A stretch of DNA of 64,000 nt from an uncultured Lentisphaerota bacterium. Its GTDB lineage: Bacteria > Verrucomicrobiota > Kiritimatiellia > CAIQIC01. The stretch spans positions 36,329 to 100,328 of the forward strand of contig CAIWHP010000218.1 in NCBI GenBank assembly GCA_903912445.1, given 5' to 3'. Position numbers and translations under genes: made by a program. The first letter of the stretch is position 1. Each line of letters opens with the position of its first letter. Under the pieces are notes generated by a model, which was not told the DNA's origin, searched no databases, and was given only the letters and a program-made list of their open reading frames with translations. Positions 46,360-55,905 of this stretch are shown here, piece after piece.

Positions 46360-46779
46360 TCAAGTTATCTCTTCCCCCGCCATCCCGGCGAAGAAGTCCT
46401 TATAGCGCATATCCTCTTCCAAAATATGGTGCGTCCACCAATGCCCCAGGAAATTGAGGAGCACCGCCGGCATGCCGGCAATGTCCTGTTGCGTCGCCCG
46501 GCACAATACCAGATTTTTTCTCCGGTACCCCGCATGATGCGCCCGCTGCTCCAGCAGGCGCGGGTAGTTGTGCGCCGCCAGCAGCCGCTCTTCGTGCCGG
46601 AAGTGACCCTGCGCGTACCGCGTCATCTGCGACAAGAGCTCCCCCGCCGCCGCCATGCTGTTCGCGGTGGCGAGCCGGTCGTGGAGGGTGTTGATCATCT
46701 GGATGATCTGCTGGTGCTCGCCGTCCATGGCCGGCACCCCGACGCTGAATCGTTCCTCCCATTTCATTTTTCGCAGCAT
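46360..46779 (-). CDS. hemerythrin-like (bacteriohemerythrin) protein
   Basis: 139 aa; start MKWEERFSVGVPAMDGEHQQII and the spaced H...H...E...H...H...D ligand pattern are typical of hemerythrins. Confidence 0.75.
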   Translation of the reverse strand: MLRKMKWEERFSVGVPAMDGEHQQIIQMINTLHDRLATANSMAAAGELLSQMTRYAQGHFRHEERLLAAHNYPRLLEQRAHHAGYRRKNLVLCRATQQDIAGMPAVLLNFLGHWWTHHILEEDMRYKDFFAGMAGEEIT

Positions 46780-46910
46780 TTCGACAGCATCCCTTCATCA
46801 TTTCGACAGCGGACAGCGGCGCCCGTAGGCGCCGCGGCCAGTTTCGCAGACAACGCGGCCGTTTTCGAGCCGCGCCGTGCTGCTGCTTTCGCCCTTGGCG
46901 GCGGCGCGGC

Positions 46911-48608
46911 CTATTCGGCCGCCGATTTTACCCTGACCACGATTTCATTGTTGTTCGTGGCGATTTTTTCGGAGTCGGCGACCTGGATCGCCAGGTGTGC
47001 ATCGGCGCCGGGTACGAGCACGATCTTGTTGTGGTTCACGAGCGCATCCCGTGTCGAACTGATGCTGATCGCCGGGGCGACGGCATTGCTTATCGTGTTA
47101 TGCGCGATGCGGATGTTCTGATGCGCGCCAGGCGCGGCTGCTTTACCCGCGCCACACGGGGCCTCGATGCGCATCGCCGCGACGGGAGCACCGCTCATCA
47201 GGTTGTGTTCGATGACCAACCCGCTGCTGAGACCGCCCTCGAATGTGGCGTAACTCGGTATGCTGTAGATGGCGTGGCCCTGCAACCCGGCGAACACATT
47301 GCTGCTGATCAAACCCTTGGAGGCGCGGATGTCCAGCCCACTGCCCCGGCCCGGGCCGAACCGGTTGTTTTCAATGACGAAGCCGCTGCCGGAGCGCGCC
47401 GTGGCCAACACCAGGCTGCCGCGCGCGAGAGTCACCTCGCGATCCAGACGGAGGCTCACCGCTTTGCTCAACCGCTCTGGCGTGGGCGTGATGACGATGT
47501 CGGGATGCAGAGGTAGTTTCCTGATGTACTCACGTTCCTCATCGGTGATGGTGCCATCATCTTTGAGATCAATCACCTTGGCTGTAGTCGGGCGCGCGCC
47601 ATCAAAGGGCAGCAGTTCCACCACGTCCCCTTTCACCACATAGTTGATCGCATCCACAGGCAGCACGCGCAGTTTCTTCCGCTCCACCGCCGTCACCAGT
47701 TCACAGGATGCGGCAATCGAAACCACATCGCTGAAGATATCGCTCACCGTACAGCCCAGCAGCCGCGGACCTTGAGCGGCATTTCTGCTGATGAACGCAC
47801 AGCCCAAGGTGGAGCGGAAACGGCGGACGGCGCGCGTGGCATAATCGCTCTCCGGCGGACAGGGCACCACCCGGCAATCTTGATAGGTGACCTGCTTGCT
47901 GCTGTCGTCATGGAAGGCCGTGGTAAAGCCGCTGTAGATCGTGACCTTTTCGAGGGTGACATTGGTGCTCGCCACATTGTGGATGATGGCACCCGGACCA
48001 CGGGCAGGCGCGAGTGACGTGAGGACCACGATGTTGCCCACCGCCCCCTGTTGGGCGCAGGGATTTTCCTTGGTGTCCGGCGTCAAGCGCACGACTCTGC
48101 CGGGCAGCACCTCAAGCGTACAACCGGGATAATACGGACATACCAGCGCGCCCTTTTCGTCGTAGACCTGCGTCCCTTCAGGCCGGAGATCCTCTGCAGG
48201 ATAATTCTCGCAGAGGGCGATGTCCCACGCCAGCGTCTCCGGGTCAATCTTGACGATGCGCCCCTGCGTGAACGGCAGCGGATCAAAATCAATGGTCAGT
48301 CCGCGGATGACCACATCCTTGCAGTTCACCAGTTGCAGGCAGCAGCGCTGGTTTTCCATGATGATCTTCACGCCGTCGAAGATCAGGGTTTTGCCCTGCA
48401 ACCCGACGAGCGGAATCGCGAGGTCCTCCAGCGTCTTCAAGCGATACACGCCCGGCGGAACGATGAGGGTTTTGCGCGACTGCGCCTTCTGCTTGATGAA
48501 CAGGGCTAGATCCGTGACCTGTTGGCCCTTCTCCCCAGACGGCGCCCCTTGGCCCACCGCCGCCAGCAGCCACGTCAGACTCACCAGATAACACCACAGC
48601 GGTTTCAT
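46911..48608 (-). CDS. secreted right-handed parallel beta-helix repeat protein (pectin-lyase fold)
   Basis: ATG at 48608 (aa 4 of GTG ORF ..48617); signal peptide; repeated NxxxGxxxxGI/V beta-helix rungs (IENNRFGPGRGSGLDIRASKGLISSNVFAGLQGHAIY...). Confidence 0.6.
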   Translation of the reverse strand: MKPLWCYLVSLTWLLAAVGQGAPSGEKGQQVTDLALFIKQKAQSRKTLIVPPGVYRLKTLEDLAIPLVGLQGKTLIFDGVKIIMENQRCCLQLVNCKDVVIRGLTIDFDPLPFTQGRIVKIDPETLAWDIALCENYPAEDLRPEGTQVYDEKGALVCPYYPGCTLEVLPGRVVRLTPDTKENPCAQQGAVGNIVVLTSLAPARGPGAIIHNVASTNVTLEKVTIYSGFTTAFHDDSSKQVTYQDCRVVPCPPESDYATRAVRRFRSTLGCAFISRNAAQGPRLLGCTVSDIFSDVVSIAASCELVTAVERKKLRVLPVDAINYVVKGDVVELLPFDGARPTTAKVIDLKDDGTITDEEREYIRKLPLHPDIVITPTPERLSKAVSLRLDREVTLARGSLVLATARSGSGFVIENNRFGPGRGSGLDIRASKGLISSNVFAGLQGHAIYSIPSYATFEGGLSSGLVIEHNLMSGAPVAAMRIEAPCGAGKAAAPGAHQNIRIAHNTISNAVAPAISISSTRDALVNHNKIVLVPGADAHLAIQVADSEKIATNNNEIVVRVKSAAE

Positions 48609-48678
48609 GGTTAGCACCGTTCACCAACACACACAGATCAAGCCGCAACGCACGCGCTGCCTTGCCAAAGCTTGGCCC

Positions 48679-51381
48679 TCATTTCGCCAGCGGACAGCGG
48701 AACTCGTAGACGCCGCTACCGGCTTCGCAGACGACGTGCCCGGCTTCGACGCGCGGGCGGCTGAGGCCGGCGGCCTTGGCCAGCGGATCGCGGTTGGCCC
48801 TGGCGGCGGCGAGGTCGGCGGTCGGCAGGGTGACCGTGGCCGTGCTGTTCGGCGGGATGACCACGCGCAGCCGGAATTCTTCGCCCTTCAGCTTCCAGTC
48901 GCTGACGATCTTGCCGCGGATGGATTCGTATTCGCCCCGGGCGCTCGTGAGGTCGCCGACGACCTGGGGGCTGATGAAGAAGTGCTTGAAGCCCGGCGCC
49001 TGCGGGTCGGGCCGGATGCCGGCGAGGGCCTTGTAGAACCAGGCGCTGATATCGCCGTACATGATGTGGTTGCGCGAGGCTCCGCCGTCCCACTGTTCCC
49101 AGAGCGTCGTGGCGCCCTGCGCGATCCACCAGCCCCACCCCGGCTGGTCCTTTTGCGAGACGATCCGATAGGCCACATCGGCGCGGCCGTGGTCGAGCAG
49201 CGTGTTTGGCAGATACTTCGCGCCGAGGATGCCGGTGTCGATGTGGCCGCCGGTTTTCTCCACCGCAGCCACCAGGTTGGCGAGCACGCGCGCGTGGTTC
49301 TCGGGCGGCACCAGCCCCTGGTAGAGCGCGCAGCTCAGCGCGGTCTGGCTGCCGTTGTCATAGAGGCCGGTATCGGCGTGATAGAATTTCTTGTTGAACG
49401 CGTCCTTGATGGTTCCGGCCAGTGCGCTGTACTTCGCGGCGTCCTCCGTCTTGCCGAGCACCTGCGCGGCGAGCGCGACGACCTGGGCATCCACAAAGAA
49501 GTAGGCGGTGTCGGTGATCCCCGCCTCGGTCTTGGTCTTCCACGGCGCCCAGTCGTTGAGCCCGAGCTTGACGAGGCCGTCCTTGGCGTGGCTGGCGAGA
49601 TAATCCACATAGCGCTTCATCCCGGCGTAGTGGGCGCGAAACACTTCCACGTCACCGTAATACACATACTGATAATAGGGGATCAGGATGAAGGCGTTGT
49701 CCCACGCCGGGCCGTTGCCCCACTTGTAGCCCCAGCCGCCGGTCGGCACGATGCCGGGCAGCTTGCCGTCGGGCTGCTGCTCGTCAGCGAGATCGTTCAG
49801 CCACTTCGCATTGGCGGCGGGCGGGAAATAATTGAACATCGCCTGCTCGGCGGCGAGGTGCGCGTCGCCCGTCCAGCCGTTCTTCTCGCGATGCGGGCAG
49901 TCGGTCGGGATGCCATGCAGGTTGCTCAAGTAGGACCAGCGGCCCGCTTCCCAGATCTTGTTGAGCAGCTCGTTCGAGCATTCGAACTGGCCCGCGACCG
50001 GCACGGCGGTGTGCGCGAACACGGCGCGCAGGTTGCCGGCCGTCGGCTTGCCGGGGAACCCGGTGACCTCGACGTACTGGAAACCATAATAGGAGAAGCG
50101 CGAGTGCCACGTCTCCTTGCCCTGCCCCTTGAGGATATAGGTGTCGGTCTGGAACACCTGGTTCGAGCCGAAACGGATGACGTGCGTGGCGATGTCCTTC
50201 TGGTCCACCATGCCATCCTTGGCGAGGCGCTCGGTGTATTTCAGCTTCACGGCGGCACCGGCCGGGCCGCGCACGGACAGCTCGGCATAGCCCGCCAGGT
50301 TCTGGCCGAAGTCGAACACGAACACGCCGGGCTGCGGCTCGGTGATCTTGGCCACGGGCAGCACCTTGTCGGCGCGGATCGGCGGCAGGGCCTGCGCCAC
50401 GAGCTGCCCCTTGGGCGCGGCCACCAGCTGGGCCGCCGCCCACGTCTGGTCAGCGAAGCCCGCCGTGTCCCAGCCGGCCTGGTCCAGCCGCGCGTCATAG
50501 CTTTCGCCGCCATAGATCGTATTGAACAGGACCGGCCCGGCGGCGCACTTCCACTTGTCGTCGGTGCCGATCACCTCCGTGTGGCCGTCGGCATAATCGA
50601 TCTGGAGCGACGCGAGCAGGCGCGGCGCGCCGCGCCACGGCGCCGCGTCGAAATCCCACGCCGCCTTGGACTGGACGTTGTACCAGCCGTTGCCGAGCAT
50701 CACGCCGAGCGCGTTGACGCCCTTGGCGAGCTGCGCGGTCACATCGTGCGTCACATAGAGGACGCGCTTGTCGTAGCGCGTGTAGCCGGGGTCGAGGTGG
50801 TGGTCGCCGACCTTCGCGCCGTTGAGCCGGGCCTCCGCATAGCCCAGGCCGCTGATATAGAGCCGCGCGCTGCGCACCTTGCCCGTCACCGTGAACTCGC
50901 GGCGGAAGAGCGGCAAAGGTTGCTCGACCGTGTTCGTGTTCTGCCCGATCCACTTGGCCTCCCACTTCGGCAGGGCCAGCAGGCCCATCTCCCAGGTGGC
51001 GACCGGACTCCACTTCGAAGCCGCCCCGGCCTTGTCCCACACGCGCGCCTTCCAGAAGCACACCTGGCGCGACGGCAGCGGCCGGCCGGCATAACGGATT
51101 TGCACCGTCGCATCGGATGCGACCTTGCCGCTGTCCCACAGATCGCCCACGTCGCGCGCCAGATTATCCAGCGAGCTGGCGACGATCACCTGGTAGGCGG
51201 TCTGGCGCTCGTCGCGTTCGTCGGCGACGAGCTTCCACGCCAGCAGCGGCTGCGCCGCGTCCAGCCCGAGGGGCTGCTCCTGGTACTCGCAGAGCATTTG
51301 CCCGACCTGCAGACCGGCCCGCGCCGGCAGGGCCGCGGCCATGCCGAGCAAAACCACAGCGGCGAATGGGATCATTTTCAT
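48679..51381 (-). CDS. alpha-L-rhamnosidase (GH78)
   Basis: ATG at 51381 (aa 72 of ORF ..51594); signal peptide MKMIPFAAVVLLGMAAALPARAG; ARLYISGLGYAEARLNGAKVGDHHLDPGYTRYDKRVLYVTHDVT and six-hairpin catalytic domain typical of bacterial GH78. Confidence 0.85.
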   Translation of the reverse strand: MKMIPFAAVVLLGMAAALPARAGLQVGQMLCEYQEQPLGLDAAQPLLAWKLVADERDERQTAYQVIVASSLDNLARDVGDLWDSGKVASDATVQIRYAGRPLPSRQVCFWKARVWDKAGAASKWSPVATWEMGLLALPKWEAKWIGQNTNTVEQPLPLFRREFTVTGKVRSARLYISGLGYAEARLNGAKVGDHHLDPGYTRYDKRVLYVTHDVTAQLAKGVNALGVMLGNGWYNVQSKAAWDFDAAPWRGAPRLLASLQIDYADGHTEVIGTDDKWKCAAGPVLFNTIYGGESYDARLDQAGWDTAGFADQTWAAAQLVAAPKGQLVAQALPPIRADKVLPVAKITEPQPGVFVFDFGQNLAGYAELSVRGPAGAAVKLKYTERLAKDGMVDQKDIATHVIRFGSNQVFQTDTYILKGQGKETWHSRFSYYGFQYVEVTGFPGKPTAGNLRAVFAHTAVPVAGQFECSNELLNKIWEAGRWSYLSNLHGIPTDCPHREKNGWTGDAHLAAEQAMFNYFPPAANAKWLNDLADEQQPDGKLPGIVPTGGWGYKWGNGPAWDNAFILIPYYQYVYYGDVEVFRAHYAGMKRYVDYLASHAKDGLVKLGLNDWAPWKTKTEAGITDTAYFFVDAQVVALAAQVLGKTEDAAKYSALAGTIKDAFNKKFYHADTGLYDNGSQTALSCALYQGLVPPENHARVLANLVAAVEKTGGHIDTGILGAKYLPNTLLDHGRADVAYRIVSQKDQPGWGWWIAQGATTLWEQWDGGASRNHIMYGDISAWFYKALAGIRPDPQAPGFKHFFISPQVVGDLTSARGEYESIRGKIVSDWKLKGEEFRLRVVIPPNSTATVTLPTADLAAARANRDPLAKAAGLSRPRVEAGHVVCEAGSGVYEFRCPLAK

Positions 51382-51592
51382 GGGACGGCTTCTAACAGAG
51401 CCGCGCCCGCTTGCCAAGCCTAGGAACGCCGAGCAGAAACAAACGAAAAACACGACGCAAGCGTGAAGCCTGCGCCAAGCATGGTTCTGTTTTCCGCAGG
51501 ACTTGACGGCTGCAGCCAGCGTCCTCCTCATATAATTAATGGATTGCAGCAGGAACGGTGTTACGTTCAGATCGAAGCAGAAGGGACTCAGC

Positions 51593-52018
51593 ATGAAACC
51601 AAATATTGGGTTATGGATTGATCATCGGAACGCTATCATTGTGACCCTCGGGAGCAAGGGTGAAGAAGTCGCTCGGGTTTTCTCGCAAGTGGAACCACAG
51701 CTCCGCCGCTCCGGGGATTCGCCCCTGAAGGGCCGTCATGAAAAGCTGAATATCGCGTCGGACACCAGCCAAAAGCGCGCCTTGACCGGCAAGTTCAACA
51801 TCTACTACGACGCGGTGAGCGACTGCCTCGGACGGGCCGGATCCATTTTCCTGTTCGGCCCTGGCGAGGCTAAGGGCGAACTCAAGAAACGGCTGGTCCG
51901 GAACAAACTGGGTGCCCGTATCGTACAGGTGGAACCCTCAGACAAGATGACGGACCGCCAGATTTCGGCAAAAGTCCGCCAGTATTTTGCCGTGAAACCT
52001 ACGGACATCAAAGGCTAG
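51593..52018 (+). CDS. hypothetical protein (141 aa), possibly bacterial eRF1-like/host-attachment-like fold
   Basis: ATG at 51593 (aa 19 of ORF 51539); MKPNIGLWIDHRNAIIVTL...FLFGPGEAKGELKKRL; assignment tentative. Confidence 0.35.
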   Translation: MKPNIGLWIDHRNAIIVTLGSKGEEVARVFSQVEPQLRRSGDSPLKGRHEKLNIASDTSQKRALTGKFNIYYDAVSDCLGRAGSIFLFGPGEAKGELKKRLVRNKLGARIVQVEPSDKMTDRQISAKVRQYFAVKPTDIKG

Positions 52019-52289
52019 AAGGATTACGCCTTTGTCACCCGCGACTGGGCGGCGCGCGTGCTATTCAACTGCATGGTCCACGACAAGAAAATCGTCCTCC
52101 CCGCCCAGCCGGAACGGCCCGCGGCGAAATAACCACAGCCGCTTGTTCCGCCCAGACGCTGAGCGCACCAAGAGAGCGGAACCGCAGCCAGGCCAAACCG
52201 GGCAGGAGCACACCGCCCTGCGCAACGCCGGTCGTAGATCGCGTTTTTTTCGTGGCCCGGGGGCGGATTCCGTGTAAGCTGGGGCTGCG

Positions 52290-52784
52290 ATGAGTTCACT
52301 ACCCTTACTTTATGTGCTGCTGCTGCTGGTCGGGCTGTTCCTGATCGGGGCGGAGATCTATCTGCCGGGCGGCGTGGTCGGCTTCCTCGGCGCGGTGGCG
52401 CTGGTTGGGGCGGCGGTCTGCGGCGCGCAGTTCGACGCGCCGTGGAATGTCCTCTCGATCCTGCTGATCGTCATCCTCGCGGCGGTCGCCAGCTGGCTCT
52501 GGATCCGCTTCTTCCCGCGCTCGAAGATGGGACGCAAGCTGACGCTCGAAGCCGATGGCAGCCAATTCAAGACCGCGCCGGACAGCCATGCGCTCGTCGG
52601 CACCACGGGCGAGGCGCTTTCTCCGCTGCGGCCGGCGGGGCTGGCGCTGCTCGGTGGCCAGCGCATCGATGTGGTCGCCGAGAGCAGCTGGATCGCCGCC
52701 GGCGCCCAGGTCCGCGTGATCGAGGTCGCCGGCAACCGGATCGTCGTCCGGCAGACCGCGCCGCCCAAGGAAACCGCTTCATGA
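52290..52784 (+). CDS. NfeD-family membrane protein
   Basis: Two N-terminal TM helices then OB-fold beta domain (HALVGTTGEALSPLRPAGLALLGGQRIDVVAESSWIAAGAQVRVIEVAGNRIVV). Confidence 0.8.
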   Translation: MSSLPLLYVLLLLVGLFLIGAEIYLPGGVVGFLGAVALVGAAVCGAQFDAPWNVLSILLIVILAAVASWLWIRFFPRSKMGRKLTLEADGSQFKTAPDSHALVGTTGEALSPLRPAGLALLGGQRIDVVAESSWIAAGAQVRVIEVAGNRIVVRQTAPPKETAS

Positions 52785-53980
52785 AATGCTTCGCGCTCCC
52801 GCTGCTGCTGGCCTGCGCCCTGCCGCTCGCCGCCCCCGCGCTCGAATGGCACGCGACCAACGACTTCGCCCTCAAGCCCGGCCAGACCCTGACCAACGAA
52901 CTGTGGCTCTCCGCCGAGACGGCCAAAATCTCCGGCGTGGCCGAGCGCGGCGTGTTCGTTCAGGCCCAGACGCTGGAGCTGGCCGGCGCGTACCGGCGCG
53001 ACGTCTGGGCGCTGGCCGACACGCTCGAGTATTCCGGCCGCGCCGAGCAGGCGGTGCGCGTCGCGGCCAAGCGCAGCGTACAGCTCTCCGGCGACATCGG
53101 CGGCACCCTGCTGGCCTTTGGCGACACGGTGCAGCTCCAGAAGAGCCTGCGCGTCGCGGACGACGTCGTGCTGCTGGGGCAGGACATCATCGTCGAGGGC
53201 ACGCTCAGCAACCAGCTCTGGGCGCTGGGCAACAAGGTCACGCTGGCCGGCGAGATCGGCGGCTCGGTGCGCATCGTCGCCGAGGAGATCACGCTGCTGC
53301 CCGGCACCAAGATCGCGGGCGACCTGCGCTACTCGTCCACGAAAGACCTGGTCAAGCCGGAGGGCGTGACGATCGGCGGGCAGCTGCTCCGCGTGGCCAA
53401 GCCGAACTTCGGCCTCGGCCTGCCGGCGCTGTCGCTCGCGCAGCTGGTCACGCTCCAATTTGCCATGTTCCTGGCGGCGCTGCTCGTCGGTCTGCCCTTC
53501 GTCTCCGTGTTCCCGCTGTTCACCTCGCGCGCGGTGACGGCGCTGCGCACGCAGTCGAACAAGTGCCTGCTGGCCGGCGGCATCGCGCTGGCGGCGCTGC
53601 CGATGGTCGCGGTGATGGCGGCGCTGACGTGGATCGGGCTGCCGCTCGGCCTGCTGCTGCTGGGCATCTACGGCGCGTTGCTCTATCTTGCCAAGATCAT
53701 CGTGGCGATCCCGCTGGCCGCCTGGCTGCTCACGCTGCGCGGCCCGGCCGGCCGCCCGCTCGGCGCGCTGCCCGTGCTGGTGGTCGGTTTGTTCCTGCTG
53801 TATATTGGCGCCGCGTTGCCATTCGTCGGGTTCGCGGTCTGGCTGGCGACGGTGCTCTATGGCATGGGCGCGCTGGTGCTCGCGCTGCTCGGCGGGCAGA
53901 AGGGGCTGCCGCTGGTCATGCTGGCGCCCGACCGCCCGCCGCCGCCCGCGCCGCCGCCGCTCGCTGGTTTTGGTCCGTAG
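52781..53980 (+). CDS. bactofilin-like beta-helical repeat protein with C-terminal polytopic membrane domain
   Basis: ATG at 52781 (aa 114 of ORF 52442), ATGA overlap with nfeD stop; signal peptide; tandem ~18-aa beta-helix rungs (...VRVAAKRSVQLSGDIGGTLLAFGDTVQLQ.../...VTLAGEIGGSVRIVAEEITLLPGTKIAGDL...), then 4-5 TM helices and Pro-rich tail. Confidence 0.5.
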   Translation: MKCFALPLLLACALPLAAPALEWHATNDFALKPGQTLTNELWLSAETAKISGVAERGVFVQAQTLELAGAYRRDVWALADTLEYSGRAEQAVRVAAKRSVQLSGDIGGTLLAFGDTVQLQKSLRVADDVVLLGQDIIVEGTLSNQLWALGNKVTLAGEIGGSVRIVAEEITLLPGTKIAGDLRYSSTKDLVKPEGVTIGGQLLRVAKPNFGLGLPALSLAQLVTLQFAMFLAALLVGLPFVSVFPLFTSRAVTALRTQSNKCLLAGGIALAALPMVAVMAALTWIGLPLGLLLLGIYGALLYLAKIIVAIPLAAWLLTLRGPAGRPLGALPVLVVGLFLLYIGAALPFVGFAVWLATVLYGMGALVLALLGGQKGLPLVMLAPDRPPPPAPPPLAGFGP

Positions 53981-53995
53981 GTTGGTTGCAAAGGA

Positions 53996-55042
53996 ATGCT
54001 GGAAAGGAGCGTTGCTATGCTTGGTAATCTTGGAATAGTGCTCTTGGCGGTGTTGGCGATCCCGGTACTGATCCTCCTCGGGACGATCTTCTATTTCCTG
54101 AAGATTTGGATCCAGGCGCTGACCTCCGGCGCACGCGTGAGCTTCTTCACGCTCGTGGCCATGAAACTGCGCCGGGTACCGCCCTCGCTGATCGTCGAGG
54201 CGCGCATCCGGCTCGTCAAGGCCGGCATCGGACTCGACACCGACCCGCTCGAAGCCCACTACCTCGCCGGCGGCGATGTCATCCAGGTCGTCAACGCGAT
54301 GATCGCGGCCGACAAGGCCGGCATCCCGCTCGTGTTCCAGAACGCCTGTGCGATCAACCTCGCCGGGCGCGACGTCCACGCCGCCGTCCAGACCAGCGTC
54401 AACCCGAAGGTCATCGACTGTCCGGACCCGGCGCGCGGCACCACGCTGCTCGACGCCGTGGCCAAGGACGGCATCCGGCTGCTCGTCAAGGCGCGCGTCA
54501 CGGTGCGCACCAACCTCAAGCAACTAGTCGGCGGCGCGATGGAGGATACGATCATCGCGCGCGTCGGCCAGGGCATTGTCAGCGCCATCGGCTCTTCGTC
54601 CTCCTACAAGGATGTGCTGGAGAATCCCGACAAGATCAGCCGCAAGGTGCTCGACAGCGGGCTCGACTCGCAGACCGCTTTCGAAATCGTCTCGATCGAT
54701 ATCGCCGATGTCTCCGTCGCCGGCGTCAGCGGCGCGCGCGAGGTCGCCAACGTCGGCGCGCTGCTCGAAACCGAGCGCGCCGAGGCCGACAAGAAGCTGC
54801 GCCAGGCCGAGGCCGAAGGCCGGCGCGCCATGGCCGTCGCCGCCGAGCAGGAAATGCGCGCGAAGACGCAGGAGATGCAGGCCAAGCTCGTCGAGGCGCA
54901 GGCGCAGATTCCGCTCGGCATCGCGCAGGCGCTCAAGGAAGGCCGGATCGGGGTCATGGATTATCTGAAGATGCAAAACGTGATGGCCGACACCTCGATG
55001 CGCGAATCGCTCGCCGGCGGCGAGGACCAGCCCAAGGCGTAA
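53996..55042 (+). CDS. floA: flotillin-like protein FloA (YqfA/UPF0365)
   Basis: N-terminal TM, SPFH-like domain with long Ala/Glu-rich coiled coil (…[45 protein letters not shown]…); classic pairing with nfeD. Confidence 0.8.
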   Translation: MLERSVAMLGNLGIVLLAVLAIPVLILLGTIFYFLKIWIQALTSGARVSFFTLVAMKLRRVPPSLIVEARIRLVKAGIGLDTDPLEAHYLAGGDVIQVVNAMIAADKAGIPLVFQNACAINLAGRDVHAAVQTSVNPKVIDCPDPARGTTLLDAVAKDGIRLLVKARVTVRTNLKQLVGGAMEDTIIARVGQGIVSAIGSSSSYKDVLENPDKISRKVLDSGLDSQTAFEIVSIDIADVSVAGVSGAREVANVGALLETERAEADKKLRQAEAEGRRAMAVAAEQEMRAKTQEMQAKLVEAQAQIPLGIAQALKEGRIGVMDYLKMQNVMADTSMRESLAGGEDQPKA

Positions 55043-55047
55043 GGACC

Positions 55048-55126
55048 TTTTCCAAGCCTTGGAAACCGGGCAGCCGGTTTTTCCAAGGCTTGGAAAAAAA
55101 CCGTGTGGAATTTCCAAGGCTTGGAA
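55048..55126. repeat. three phased copies of palindromic motif TTTCCAAG-N-CTTGGAAA
   Basis: ttttccaagccttggaaa (55048-55065), tttttccaaggcttggaaaaa (55078-55098), tttccaaggcttggaa (55111-55126); 30-32 bp phasing; fills the floA-downstream intergenic gap. Confidence 0.75.
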
Positions 55127-55128
55127 CC

Positions 55129-55806
55129 ATGACATTGCCGCTGCCCATAACCGTGGCCGCCTCCGGGGTCGAAGGCCTGGTCTGGCTGGTGGTGATCTTC
55201 ATCTGGCTGATTTTCCAGGCCCTGTCGAGCGCGGCGAAGAAGAAAATGCCGCCGCCGCCCGGCGACGACGCCCCCACCCCGGGGGCTTATCCGCCACAGC
55301 CGGAGCAGGCGCCCCGCGACGAACTGCGCGAAATGATCGAGGCGCTGACCGGCCAGAAGCCGCCGATGACCGCCGCGGACGACGAGGCCGAGGACGCGCC
55401 CGCCCTGCCGCGGCCCGCCAAGCGGCCGGCGCCGGCCCGCAAGGCGGGGGCCGCGCCGTCGCGCTTTTCCCAGCCCGCGCGGAAGATGGAGCGGCCCGTC
55501 CAGAGCGTGGCCTCGACGACGGCGCCACGCGCGGCCAGGCCGCCGCCCATGCCCGCCCCTGCGCCCGCGCCAGTGCCCGGAGCCGATGCGCATCTCGTTC
55601 ACACGCAGGCGGCGCTGGCCCGCGAAGCGCTGCGGCTCGCGCCGCTGATGGAGATGACGTGGCCGCGCAGCCAGTTCCAACGCTTCGCCATCGCGGCGCG
55701 GCGCACGACCGCCCCCTCCCTGCTCAAGCTCCAATTGACCGGCCGTGCGGCCCTGCGGCAGGCCATGGTCAGCCGCATCGTCCTCGGCCCGCCCGGCGGC
55801 CGGTGA
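55129..55806 (+). CDS. hypothetical Pro/Ala-rich membrane-anchored protein
   Basis: ATG at 55129 in frame of track ORF 54106..55806; one N-terminal TM (GLVWLVVIFIWLIFQAL), then low-complexity P/A-rich region. Confidence 0.45.
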   Translation: MTLPLPITVAASGVEGLVWLVVIFIWLIFQALSSAAKKKMPPPPGDDAPTPGAYPPQPEQAPRDELREMIEALTGQKPPMTAADDEAEDAPALPRPAKRPAPARKAGAAPSRFSQPARKMERPVQSVASTTAPRAARPPPMPAPAPAPVPGADAHLVHTQAALAREALRLAPLMEMTWPRSQFQRFAIAARRTTAPSLLKLQLTGRAALRQAMVSRIVLGPPGGR

Positions 55807-55905
55807 GCCTGGCCGGCGGCGGCAAGTCCACTACGTGAAACTATTTTTGAACATTTGACCCTAGAGCCACGTCAAACTGCATACGACTCGCGGAAAGGAA
55901 GCAAC

